A stretch of DNA of 52,947 bases, the filler included, from Dirinaria sp. TL-2023a (Eukaryota): the NCBI GenBank assembly GCA_051941275.1. It is 3 parts of 3 records of this genome, joined end to end, with 100 filler letters (N's around TTAATTAATTAA, not from the genome) between each part and the next. Parts side by side here need not be neighbours in the genome. Positions count along the whole stretch, not along the records: positions 17,690 to 35,274 come from JAVEBF010000424.1; 2 more parts are not named here. One strand, written 5' to 3'. Position 1 is the stretch's first letter, and each line of letters opens with the position of its first letter. The notes beneath the pieces were generated by a model. It was not told the origin of the DNA. It ran no database searches and saw only the letters and a list, made by a program, of their open reading frames with translations. The translations under genes and the position numbers were made by a program. Shown one piece after another: positions 22,865-35,374 of this stretch.

Positions 22865-24085
22865 CGTTGGAAAAGCTGAGGGTCTATGTACGCAAAATCT
22901 GCGTTAGGCTAATAGATCAAGCTGTTGTATTGAAAGCCTCCAGGTAATATCGAGGGATAGGTAGGTCGTCAGTGTGGTCTGTTAGCAAGCTAGAATGAAT
23001 TCAAAATATAGTGAGGTACCATCGCAGACCTGAGGGGAGGTGTCCCAACAACAAGGGCTACTTTAGGGTTAGAAAGTTTCTTTCAACCTCCGAACTCAAG
23101 ATGTGGTCAACCATCTAATTTCTTCAATCCTGCGTCACGCAAACACGAAAGTGCCCAAAAAAAAAAGGTAGTAACAGACTAAGCCCTACCTTAGCTCCTC
23201 CTCCTTCTATAATAACCCATCCCAAATTCATTCTAATCAACCCGAATTCTAATCAAAGTAACCAAGAACCAATATTCAACCCAACGCAAAACCCAAGCAT
23301 GATTTAATCCCCAACGCAATTCAAATCGAATTATTACCAGTGTCTCTGAATTCTACTTCTTCCCGTCACGCTGGCTCTCTCTCTTTCTACTCTTTCACCT
23401 CTTTCCCATCTCCCCCTCTCATCCCAAAGCCTAAACATCTAATCAAGCACTCAGCCAAAGATTACAAAGAAATCTGATAGTAGGAGAAAAGAAACCCTTC
23501 AACCTTATCGAAAGGAGATGTTTCATTCTGAAATTTATCTGGGAATTGATTATGCAGCTTAACAATTCTAGCTTCCTTTTTCCTTGCTTGGGTTATAATT
23601 TTCAGAGATAATTTGCTTTGTTGAATACTATTTTGAAAGTCTATGCGAGAGATTTATACGAGTATGCAGACGCCGCGCTGGCTTTCTCTCTTATTTCATC
23701 TTTCAGGTGACCTATATTGTTGCTAATTTTTTTTGGGGTTGTGGAGGTGGTACTCACGTCTGAGAATGGATTTATGTTATCTTTTGCCCGATGGACGAAG
23801 ATTGAAGATTCTACAAAGAAGGCTAAGGACAGGGTTAGGGGCGAGATAAAACAAGGAGAGAAGAAAGCTTGCAGTGACAAATACCTGATAATAGATCTAA
23901 AAAGCTAGTACTGTTGGTCATTACTACTGATGGAATAAAAGAATAACCATCGATTCATCCACTCAAACAGTCAATCTGTAACCAAACTACCCAATCGCCA
24001 ACATCACCCATCGCAGGAAACCCCCACACTGTCCCTCTCCTTACCACACAAACCCCCTCCGTTCCCCTCCGCTGCAAAGCCTCGC

Positions 24086-25018
24086 TCAACAGCAAGGCTC
24101 CTTCACCCCCGTTTTAATCAACCACCAGTTGACCGGGAAGGCCGTGCAGAACCCCAACATCATCCCCACCTGCATCATCCACCAATACGTCCAACTTGTC
24201 ATACCGAGTTTGTATCCCCAAATCCCGACCTGATAAGCCACCATCCAGCCAAAGGCACCCACTTCAAAGCTGGTCAAGCTAAGGATATCTGCCTTTGCGG
24301 CGCGCCAGAGGGTCCGGGGCCCGTACGCTCCGCTCATAGGCGCGATGCTGAAGTACTGAAATACGATGCCGAAGAGGAGCGCGAAGGCGTAGTCAATGAG
24401 CAGAGCGGGCCAGAGGGTTTCGTGGGAGATGGTGGCGGAGGTGCCGTACACGAGCCATTCGCCTACGAGATCGCCGAGTACGCAGCCTGCGCCGCAGTGG
24501 GAGACGCCAGAGGCAACGGTCGCCCACATCGGGCGCGAAGAGGAGGAGGCGTGGCAGTGCGGCATGTTGCTTGGGCTTGGGGTGTCACAGGGTTGTTTCT
24601 CTACATCCTGGGAGATGTTCGTGGATGAGGAGTGGTCTGACGCAGACGCTTGGTGGGGGTGATGTGCGCAGTGGGCCGCGGCGGGTGGAGGGGATAAGTC
24701 GTCGCTGTGCACGTGGCCGGTGGGTTTGTGCTGCGATTGATCTTGTTTTGGCTCTGCATGGCAGCTAGGTGCTGCCTTCTGGCTTGATTTCGGAGCGCTG
24801 GCCCTCCCAAAGCGAAAATACAAGTACAGAGCAATAGGCCCCATGTACGTTGCATTGATGATCCAGACAGGGATCATGATGAGCATCATCGATCTCCATC
24901 CCCGGCGCCAGATAATATCTGCTGTGACGATGAGGGCACATATCGCGCCGATCACGAGGAAGATGCCCGCGAGGACGGTCAAGGCGGTCGGAACGTGGTA
25001 GCTGCTCTCCATATCCAT
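24086..25018 (-). CDS. DUF4396-type integral membrane protein with His/Cys-rich loop
   Basis: Motifs MIPVWIINATYMGPIAL, GVSHCGAGCVLGDLVGE, FGIVFQYFSI, KADILSLTSFEVG and YWWMMQVGMMLGFCTAFPVNWWLIKTGVKE. Confidence 0.85.
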   Translation of the reverse strand: MDMESSYHVPTALTVLAGIFLVIGAICALIVTADIIWRRGWRSMMLIMIPVWIINATYMGPIALYLYFRFGRASAPKSSQKAAPSCHAEPKQDQSQHKPTGHVHSDDLSPPPAAAHCAHHPHQASASDHSSSTNISQDVEKQPCDTPSPSNMPHCHASSSSRPMWATVASGVSHCGAGCVLGDLVGEWLVYGTSATISHETLWPALLIDYAFALLFGIVFQYFSIAPMSGAYGPRTLWRAAKADILSLTSFEVGAFGWMVAYQVGIWGYKLGMTSWTYWWMMQVGMMLGFCTAFPVNWWLIKTGVKEPCC

Positions 25019-25664
25019 TGCAGAATGCGAAGGTGAGTAGGATGAGGGTTGGAGCGGGTAGTAGATATGTGTCTGGAGAGGAGCGACATGGTGGGCGAAT
25101 GCAGGACTTTTAAGTGCTGGGTTCGTTGTTGCGCGTTTTGTGCGTACTTTAGTATCGGAGCTTCGTGCAGAATGTGACGTGCTCAGTTAGGTTGCGCCAA
25201 GCATTTCCAGGTAAATTACCAGACCGAGCTAGTCCCCGTTCGGAGGCGCGGCACATGCGACTGCCTGAGGGTCCCTCGACTGGTCCGTGCCTTTCAGTGT
25301 ACTGTAAAGGGCAACTGCGGAGGAGCGAGAGATCCCTCGATGTAAATAAATCCCATAAGCAACATTGTGGGACGGAGACATGGCGTACTGTAGATGCCAT
25401 CCGTTTTGTGTCGGCCAACATGCACTTTGCTTTCAGCCATGGAGTATGACATCTAGGGAACGTGAACGGTAATCGCCCGTTAGGGCTTCCAGCAGTAGGG
25501 CCTTTTACCGATGACGGAGCGCACCTGTTAAACCGAAGAATATTCACTTTTTCGACCTCGCCAGATCAATCGCTTTGATCCAATAGAGTCTATAAAATCC
25601 GGTGCCCAAGATTACGTTCGGAGAAAGTCTTTTATTACAAAGTCACCGGTGGCTTTGAGCAAAA

Positions 25665-27587
25665 TCAGTCCAACAAAACGCGACAGCCTTCGGCGCTAGA
25701 AACGACTATTGTAAGTGACTGCTTCTCCTGCCCTGTGGGCTCCACTGGCTCCCCGGGTGGTAGTCTCAAATTCGGGAAAGTCTGAAGGATGCGTATGAGG
25801 CCGTACGAGGCTTCCAGGAGTGCAAAGTCCTCTACTAAGTTGTTAGTGCAACGATATTCGATCAAATTGGACAGCTGCGAAATTCACATACTACCAAGGC
25901 ATAGTCTGGGGCCGCCGTGAAATGGCATGAAACCCCAGCCAACATGATCAAGTTTGCCCTCTTGCCATCTTTCGGGACAGAAATCGTCGGCATTCGGACC
26001 GTATATATCTTTACGTCGATGCATGTGGTAGACTGAGTATGCCACGCCGGTCCCGCGGCGCATGAGAACGGGAGACTCTCCATCCGAGCCACCACCTTTG
26101 GGAAGGAGGGTTGTCTTCATCGCCACGCGGACATTGACTGGGAGTTGAGGATAAAGTCGCAGAGCTGTATATATCAATATACGTGCTAGATTTCGACGTT
26201 CAGCGGGGTAAGAGAAGCTCACTTTCATTAAGAATACACCTCAAGTATGTCATCTGCTGGATGTGACTTCTAGATATTTGGTCCGCGTCCTGGAGTACGT
26301 CTTGAATCTCCTGCCGTAGCTTGTCTAGGACCATTGGGTGCCGAACAAGGAGATATCTGTCGGAATCAGCAGCCGAAAGAACGAAATTCAAAGGAAATAG
26401 CTCACAATGTCCATGACATGAGACACGCCGTTGTGTCTCTGCCAGCTATAAGTACATGCATGAGCTGGTCGCGGACGAGTAAAGGGTCCTTGAGCTCGTC
26501 GTAGAGGTCGAGGATCAGTGCGTGGCTCTCAGACAAGGAGCCTTCGCTATTGTGGTTCTTGGATCTCAGAGCTTCCTGGACAAAGTAATTTGCGTATTCA
26601 TGGACCACATCACATGCTTGCACATATTTCTTGGGCTTGTAGACCCAGCAGAGGTCAGCCAACCGTAAACGGAGCGCGGATATCAATGACGCATAGTCGA
26701 AAGATTTGCCGAAGTTGTTGTGGTCCTCGTCCCCAAGATCACTAACAGGTTTTCCAAAGATAAGTGCAGTAGTGGTAGCAAGAGTGAAGCGGAAGAAGAC
26801 AGGTTGGAGATCTACGATACCCTTTGCCGACGAGAGAGTAGCTAGCATCTCGTTGACGTGCTCTTCGAAGATGTTCGGGTCGCGCAAATTAATTCGGATG
26901 AATTGGCGTCGAAGCATGTCTCGAGAATGTCTCCAAGCTGCTCCGTCTTGTGTGAAGATGCCCTCCCCGAGGAGTGGACGAAGGCCGTCACTTCGAGATC
27001 CCATGCCCCAATCTACCCGGCAAGCAAAGAATGATTCAGCGCACGCAAACCCGAGGTCCTTCGAGCAGACGAACTCACCTTCAAAGCGTGTGGAGAGCAG
27101 CGACTCGACATTCCTCGGGTCAGTTACAAGGTAGCCCTTTGCGCCAAAGAGGGCCAGCTCCATGTTCGGCATCTTTTCGATGTACTGAGTCTGGAATGCG
27201 AGTAGACGCTGGGAGGGGAGCGCGTCGTATTGCCGTTTGAGGATATCGAGCGCCAATGGCCATTTGTAGGGCAGCTTCGTCTCCATCGGTAAGCAGCCAT
27301 GTTGCTTTGCGAACGCCTTGTCGGCCTACGATCCGATTACGAGTCAGTATTCCAAACACCAGCTTCAGAATCACTGCAGGCACAACGGTTGCAGTATGAA
27401 ATGCAGAGCTTGGCGAGAGTCTGGACGCTACGAAGGCGGTGCTGGCTTCATTTTGTTCACATACTTGATTTTCCTGCCACTTCTGATAGTACTTGTATAT
27501 GCCGTAGGCAAATGCTAGAGATAGAAAGCTCAGCCACAGGCTCGATCGCGCATTTTGGGCCGAGTACTGCTCAGATTCCAGCTGCAT
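25665..27587 (-). CDS. Cytochrome P450 (CYP52-clan-like), multi-exon
   Basis: N-terminal TM anchor, LLGEGIFTQDGAAWRHSR, I-helix IAGRDTTA, ExxR (NE/LRLYP), PERW and heme motif FHGGPRLCLG. Confidence 0.92.
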
Positions 27588-28780
27588 CGGAGACGTGCAA
27601 ACAGTCACCGGCGAGACGCATGTATAACCAAAGCAGAGAAGGACAGTCGAATCCTCCAAATCCGACAATTACACAAATATTCTGAAACGATCAAAACCTT
27701 GAGGCTGGATCAGAGCCTTTTCTTCGCAACGCCGAAGATGGCGCGGTAGCTGCGAGTTCAAGACACAGCCTCGCAGATCTTCGTGGTGACACCCGATGCA
27801 GAAAGTAAAATAAAGTAATTCATAGCCTCAAAATGCCAAGATATGCAGCCGCTGACATAGAGAGAGAGAGAGAGAAGGAGGCGGAATGCCGATCTCTAGA
27901 CTTGCGCTACGTTACGGAGTATCGGTATTTGAGATTATGAAATGCAATTATTATTATTAAGGTAGTATTATTAGTATTACAAGGTACCTTCAGGGAGGTA
28001 TTGCAAGAATTACAAACACAACTTCTTGGCAACGACTCCGATCACAATAAGGCACTGCAAGTGCAAGCTCTCTGGCCAACCGAGGTAACTAAGGCAATCC
28101 GTAGTAGGTACTCGTACCTTAGGGGATCGGTACTTTACTTAAGGTTAACCAACTATCAATTTGGCCAATGACCGTTGAGCCCGAAATCGTTCATCCCATG
28201 AAGTTGGGCATGTTTCGACTCACCCGTCACCACTGTCCCACACCTCGCCGATAAGTGGACTGCCGTTCATCCCGGGTTTTAGCGTACGTCAAGACCTCGC
28301 CACCCAAGGCTATAAGCGGCGTTCTAATAGGGATGTGTGACTATCGGCGGGCTCGCGGGTTACCCCACGGGTTACGCGGCGATCATCCCTACCGACCTAA
28401 GACAAGTCATTGGCCTTGGAAGCGTCATAGCCTGAGGGTGGGACTGGGACAGCTTGCAGCTACCACTGCAGCGCGTACTCGAAGCTTAATAAACATGAAT
28501 ATCGTGGCCTATGGGACAGTGGGAGAAGCACTACCAGTACAAGTATGTCCTAGCGCCGACGCTTTTCTCAAATATCTCCCTGCATGCTGCTGGTTCGTGA
28601 ACGAGGCGAGCGAGGCTCATACTGTACATCGACCTTAACTCCGGTATCTGTTGAGCCGCATACCCTGTTTTTTATAGCGTTGCGCGCGGGGCCTGCCATG
28701 CTCTCCTCGTGGGGATGAAAGACGTCCATATGAGGGACACGTATTCCCAGTCCCACTCTTAACATATTGTGCCAGCAGAT

Positions 28781-31700
28781 ATGGCTGATCCTTTTTCCAT
28801 TGCAGCCGGTACAGTCGGCGTCTTGGACGTCTGCTGGCGCGTGGGTAGCTATTTGACTTCGCTGAATTCTTCGAGAGGGAAAATTGAGCAAGAGCTTGCG
28901 CACTTGTCACGAGAAGTGAACACCATAATATCTGTCAATAACTCTATCCAGGCATTATGGAACGCCCAGAAGAAGACGCAACCCTTGAGCCAGACGATGC
29001 CGGATGGCAGTCAAATAACAACCCTCTGGCAGAATGCTGGGACTGTCTTGGAAGGCTGTCGTTTGACGATGGAAAAATTAAATACTTTGGTGAAAGAGAT
29101 TATCGGTAAAGATGCTCTTGAAGTCACAGGGAAGCGTGATGGTATCAGAAAGGTGCTCCGCAAGCAGTCGAAAGAAAAGGATGTCCATGAAATCCGACAA
29201 CAGCTTTTGAACTACCAAAGCAGTCTTCAGATTCTTCTCACAGCCCTCAGCTTTGCCTATGCTCGCAGCTCCCAAAATTCGACCGACGTGTCCTTGGAAC
29301 ATTTGTCCGACAAGTTGGAGTCGCTAGGCTTCCAACTGCAGACAGAGGTTGCTTCTTTACGTTTTGGCCTCGAAACGGCGGGCGAAGAACATCTTCGCGA
29401 CTCCATCACGGCTGCTAGTAGTCTAGCATCCAAGGCACCACTGAACAAATACTTCCATATTCCCCGCGCTGTCAGCAGCATCTTTACCGGCCGAGATGAA
29501 TTGTTGAAGCAGCTCAAGGATGACTTGGATTCGTCGTCACTGGAAGACAAGCACCAGCAGAGAAGATTCATTATCTACGGCTTAGGGGGATCTGGGAAGA
29601 CGGAGTTCTGCTGCAAGTTTGCACAAGACAATCGGCAAAGGTGAGCGTTGTCGCCATAATGCTTTACGTAATTCTGGATTTGACCATTCCTTAGCTTCTG
29701 GGCTGTGTTTTATATCAACGCCAGTTCGAAAGAAAATGCGAAGTATACTTACGCCAGCATTGCCAAAAACGTTGGTAGAGATCCCAATGAGCTGGAGGCG
29801 AAATCGTTCCTAGCCGAACTCGACAAACCGTGGTTACTCATCATTGACAACGCGGATGACCCCAAGATGGATCTTGAGGATTATTTTCCCGAAGGTGAGA
29901 GAGGCGTAGTACTGGTTACTACCAGGAACCCGCATAACAGGTGGCATGGTACTTTCGGCCAACGGTACTACGAGTTTGAGAAACTTGAGAAAGAAGCAGC
30001 TGGCGATCTAGTCCTCAAATCAGCTTGCGAGCCAAGCCCTTGGAAGTCGTCCGCCGTCGCCGCAGCAGCAAACATTGCGGAGGCTCTATGCTTCTTGCCG
30101 TTGGCACTTATTCAAGCGGGAAAGGCCGTCATGAAACGCTTGTGTACTCTCGAGACCTACCTTGACTTCTACCACAGGAGTTGGCAGAGGATTCGTCGAG
30201 CACGCAGCGCGTCCCGTGATCCTACAGTGAGGGATGAGATGTTCAACATGAATGTCTACTCAAGTTACGAAATCCTATTCCGAGGTCTTGAGAGTACAAA
30301 TGCGACTGCAACACAAGATGCTGTGGAGTTGCTGAAGATGTTTTCATTCTTATCGAACGACGAAATTCGCCTCGACTTCCTAACAACGGCAGTGACGCAT
30401 ACACGTATAAAGGACCAACATGACAAAGAGATCGCCGCGAAGAACCCAAAGCAGTCATTTGGAGAACAGCTACGTACGCGTCCCATACAGCAATCTCTGA
30501 AAGAATGGACTATATGGGCTGTCGGTGAGATTCAGACGGACCACAGTAGGCCTGTTCTACCAGCAGTGCTAAGAGAGGACGGCCGTGAAAAGTTCGACGA
30601 GGATCGTCTAGCCGACGCTTTAGATCAGCTCACGCAGGTATCGCTGATCAGCTACCATCAGGATATCAACAGCTATTCGATGCACCCACTGATCCACACC
30701 TGGGTGAGGGAGAGGCCGCAGATGAGCACGGGAGATCAAGCAATATGGTGTCAAGCGGCCATCACGACATTGACCCAATCAATATTACTGCCGCCTCTTG
30801 ATACCACAGCGTCAGCCGAATCATTAAGACGGCATCTCCTACCTCACGTTCGTCACGTGCAAAAGTGTCAGAGCGGCATATATGTTCGACTACAAGAGAA
30901 CCGCACACTTCGCAGAAAGCCCTTGCCCGTTCCTTCACCTTGCTTTGGTAGACGGCATGTCTGGGAACTTGCCAAGTTCGCCTGGGTCTACTTCCAGAAC
31001 GGATTCTTTGATGAAGCAGAGCCCTTGCAGCTGAAGGTGCAGCAATTTGTCTGCGGCAACCTCGGAATGGGCCATCCTTCCGGCAGGATTACAACGCTCT
31101 TCCTTGCTGCCACTTACTGGCATCAAACGCGCACAAATAAAGCCGCTCAATTGCAGGAAGAGGTCTTGAAAGCATGCGAGTCCTCACTTGGGCCGGATCA
31201 TTACCAAACGCTAAAAGACATGGATACACTAGGCGCAAGTCGATGCTTTCAAGGCCGATTCCGAGAATCCCGGCAATTGCATGAAAGGGCTATCACGGGA
31301 ATGAATAAGCTACTAGGGTCTACCCATGAGGACACACTCACCGCCATGGATAACCTTGGAAGAGTGATGTGGCGGTACTTTGAATACGACGAGGCCAAAG
31401 TTTTGCACGCAAAAGCTGTCGATGGCCTGACCAAGGCCAAGAATATCGGCCCGACTCATGAGAAGACTCTCATTGCCAAAGAGGGCCTAGCAATAGCACA
31501 TCTGGACTCAATGGGCAATCTCGTACACCCGACCGACGAGCGACCCCATCCGGCACACGAGCTGATGCTGGAGGTGCTTGATGAACGCACAAAGAAGCTT
31601 GGCAAAGATCAGCCGTACACTCTTCTGGCGAAGTGCGATCTTGCGCGAGTCAAAAGCGCTCTGGGTGACTACATCGAGGCGGAGCGACTGCTGCGTGCTA

Positions 31701-32290
31701 CCTTGCCCATCGCCCAACGAAAACTGGGCGAGAACCATTTCGGCACGCTTATGGGCAAGACATACCTAGCGCAGGTCCTCGTTCGCCAAAAGCGCTACGA
31801 CGAAGCCGAAAGGATGTTCACGGAGATCACTGAACAGTCACGGTACGCAACCGCTGCGCGGGACGACGGCGAACATCCCGATCGGATCCTGGCAATGTGG
31901 TATCTCGTCACATGCTACGAAGCGCATGGCAAATACCCAGAAGCGATTCGTGTTTGCGGCGAGCTGGCCAAGGCTGTCGTGACGATCGGTGGTGAACGAT
32001 TAGGCCTGTTGCATCCCTTTGCGAAACGACTGGAACGAAAAATCGAAGAGTTGAAGCTGGTCGTGAAAAGAGGAGAGGAGGTGCCTACCATGAAAACTAT
32101 TCTCGAGAGCAACAAAGGAATGGCTGATCCAGTAACTGCTGCTGCTGCGAGCACCGAATCCGAGAATGGACTTTCGGCGGCAAGGGTCCTGCCGAATAAG
32201 AACGGACACGAGATCAGATACCGTGTCCAGCGAGTCCAAGAAGAAGAAGAAATGAGCCCGCCACCGACTTATGAAGCTTCAATGCGGTAA
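28781..32290 (+). CDS. Fungal NLR-like STAND protein: N-terminal helical (HeLo-like/SesA-type) domain, NB-ARC-type NTPase, TPR repeats; intron about 29641-29694
   Basis: Starts MADPFSIAAGTVGVLDV. NTPase motifs FTGRDELL, P-loop GLGGSGKT, Walker B WLLIIDNADD, VTTRN, LPLAL and MHPLIH. Kinesin-light-chain-like TPRs (LGPDHYQTL, LGSTHEDTL, LGENHFGTL). Confidence 0.9.
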
Positions 32291-32723
32291 CCCACATACC
32301 TATGGTATATGCGTGCTGCATGCTACGAAATTTCCTAGGATCCGTGTATCAAAACACCATTCATCCATCTTCACGACATATCCATCAAAAATTTCAATGA
32401 AATAATGACATAAATAAACGCATATCCAGGCCAGGGTGGGAAAAAAGAGCGAAATGGTCTTTACGAACGGAGTCATCGGGAACTTCATCTGGGCAGGGGT
32501 CAGTCAGGTCATTCATCTTTCAAAAGCGGACGGTTGGGAAAAGTTTGTGGCATATGTGATACCCCCTCTTCCTCTCACAATTTTTGAGCGTTGATTTGCA
32601 TAGTGTTAGTATAGCATAGCATAATTGGAAAAAAGGGAAAGAAATACATATATCGATATTCAAAGCGAGAACGAGGATGATTCAACCTGTCTATCATAAG
32701 TTTCCCTTCGCCATCTTGGTAAT

Positions 32724-32763
32724 CTCACTCACTCACTCACACACACACACACACACACACACA
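32724..32763. repeat. (CTCA)n/(CA)n microsatellite
   Basis: Directly visible ctcactcactcactcacacaca... Confidence 0.9.
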
Positions 32764-33038
32764 AAATTCGTCTAAAACAGAGCATCATATCTATTTTAAT
32801 TATACCTAGCCCCATAAAGCTGAGGGGGGTAGGGGGGTGTTTTTTGAAGTTGCTTATTATTTTTTATGCGCTATGCTTAATCGGTCACTAGATATCCGGT
32901 ATTCCATTGCCTGAGATTCCCTGCGGGGATCAAATGAAGCTTTGATCAGTCCTCTTCGGCACCCGACCGGCCAATGTTATGAATTTTCGAAATTTTCGAT
33001 ATAAGAAGATAACCCATCCCTCTACGGAATGGGTTCAC

Positions 33039-34644
33039 CTAGAAGCAGACCTGGGCCGCAATCTCCTTCACTTGTGCAACTTCATCTTCCAGCGTTTTCC
33101 CATCCGGTGCGCCGATCAAAACGTTACCATAGCTAACTCCAGACTCTGAATCCTCGTACCACGAGACGATAACCATACGACCTTCACAGAACCGGCGCTC
33201 GAACTTCGACATGAATGTGTCCCTCGACATCTCCGCAGTGATGGAGAACGAGCTTGCTTTGTGCAAACCTCTTTGCTCGGAAAAATGCGTGCGCATAAGC
33301 CCAAGAACGAGGGATCCGGATGTCCGGACGTTCAGATCCACAATGTTCAATTCCGTTAGCCCGCTGCTATCACCTTCCCTAGGCGCCGACTCGAGGATAT
33401 CTGCTCCACAAGGCCCGTAGTAGCCATACCCGGAGAGCCAGGCCCCGATTTGATTCATGATCGGGGTGAACCTTTTCTTGAAGCTTTCTTGCTCCGTGTA
33501 GGAGATTGTGGATCCTATCCACGCCTTGGTAGAGTCGACGACTTGCTGCGTCAAGGACAGGAACACACACTCGCCTGATTTGGTGACGAAGAATGTAAGG
33601 CCACAGTCGCTGATAGGATTAATGATCATATCACTCAAGATCAGTGTTGCCGGTTTTAAATGAGCATTGGAGGAGTTAACTTGAGATAGCAGCTTGGGAA
33701 GGATTCGAGCAGACAATGTGTCTTGTAGTTCTCGCAGATCCTCTGGAGAAGAAACCAAAAATGTGCCTCCTCCGCCTAAGGTCTGCTGGTTTTTCAATAC
33801 AAAGGGCAGTCTTTGCGAAGAGATTCGGGATATGATCCGAGCGATCTGCTTTTCCAGCCATTTACCTCGAGATCCTGTGCAAGCTGACGGGATGGCGATT
33901 CTGCCAATTCCAGACCTGCAAATGCTGCAACACTTTTCGGGTTCGACACTGTGATCTTCCAATTCTATCAGTGTGGCTTTGGGGCTGACGAGCAAGTCGA
34001 GTCAGCAAGCTCCTCTCTTAATATCCGTCAATGCCGTCAAGCTCGAAGTACGCATTACCTTCGAAGATGACGTACCTTGGCAGACCCGAATTGCATAATG
34101 CGGCTTTCGAATTGAGAAAATAATGCGTATCAAGGTCGAGTGCAAGGGGGAGTCCTTCCACTTCGTCGAATGCCGTCTTCGTAGCCAAACAATTGATTCC
34201 ATGTTCCTCCATGGAGATCTGGGAGGGAATTGAGAAGAACAACATTTTTGGTCGTTGTGCGGCAATCAAGTTACTAATTGTTCTCTCAGCCTCTTTCTTG
34301 CTATGGTTGAAGGTTTCTCCCGAGCTGCCCAAGTCAAAGAGTATGACAGGCATATTACCCGCGGCAAAAGCGTCATGCTGTGGTATAAGTGATAAGTATT
34401 TGACAGCCACATTTTTCTCTATCTCCTCTTGCTGCTGAGGAGCTATTTCCTCCGGTGTTTTGCTGAATGTGCTATCTTGGTAAAGGAATTTCGTGTTCCT
34501 AGCCAGCTTCGAGGTCGGCGCAACCTCCGAGTTGGCGACGCCGAGCAGAAGCGCAAGCTGCCCATGACTATTATCTACGGGACCGTCGCGATTGTACAGC
34601 TCTGCCAGGGTGGTGTCCAGGGTTATCTGGGGCAGTTCTTGCAT
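33039..34644 (-). CDS. ATP-grasp-fold protein (fungal 'solid-state culture specific' type); intron 33985-34075
   Basis: HYFLNSKAALCNSGLP/SPK, LPFVLKNQQTLGGGGTFLV, GYYGPCGADILE and IVDLNVRTSGS match ATP-grasp signatures. The GTACGT..CTGAC..CAG intron joins the two ORFs in frame. Confidence 0.8.
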
Positions 34645-35274
34645 GTTGATCAAAGAAACCGGACTAACACCGTTAGATTGGGGGCCGTGACGCTAGACCA
34701 TTATCTGTTCAAGTGAGCTCAGGTACTTTGTGGTGATACGAGTACTGCTGTTCACCGCATGGAAAAACGAGAACCTGATTCCTATGCGCTCAGCCGCAAA
34801 AGCTTAGCCAAACAGGCATATGCATCTATCAAGCATGGTTGCAGTCAACATAATCGAACTTCCATTCATCTGCCGGTCCAATCTGTTCTTGGCATTTTCT
34901 ATCCCTAAACTATCAGATCCTTGCTTGCCAGTTCCCACAATACAGTAGTACATCATGTATGCACGAAAGATAGCAGTGTAAATCCCTCTCAGAAAAAAAT
35001 CTAAGAAACATCACAAACCTTCCATGCCGCTCCACCTCCTATGCAGATTCCACACGTATTCCATAATCGCAGTCATCAACCACAGTCGTCCAAAATACCT
35101 TAGCTTAGCCCTAAGTATGTAAGTACTGTGCTGAGAGTCTGAGAGACTGTAAATGCTTCTGCACTTCTGTGGATTTCCCCTGAAAAGGACGATAAAAATC
35201 GTAAGATCCGAACTAGAGAAGAACGTCATTTCTATATCAAAATATCAAAAACTCGTTAGGATTATCCCGTATCT

Positions 35275-35374
35275 NNNNNNNNNNNNNNNNNNNNNNNNNN
35301 NNNNNNNNNNNNNNNNNNTTAATTAATTAANNNNNNNNNNNNNNNNNNNNNNNNNNNNNNNNNNNNNNNNNNNN
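35275..35374. other. Assembly gap with artificial contig linker TTAATTAATTAA (35319-35330)
   Basis: Same 100-bp N/linker structure as at 17590. Confidence 0.97.
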
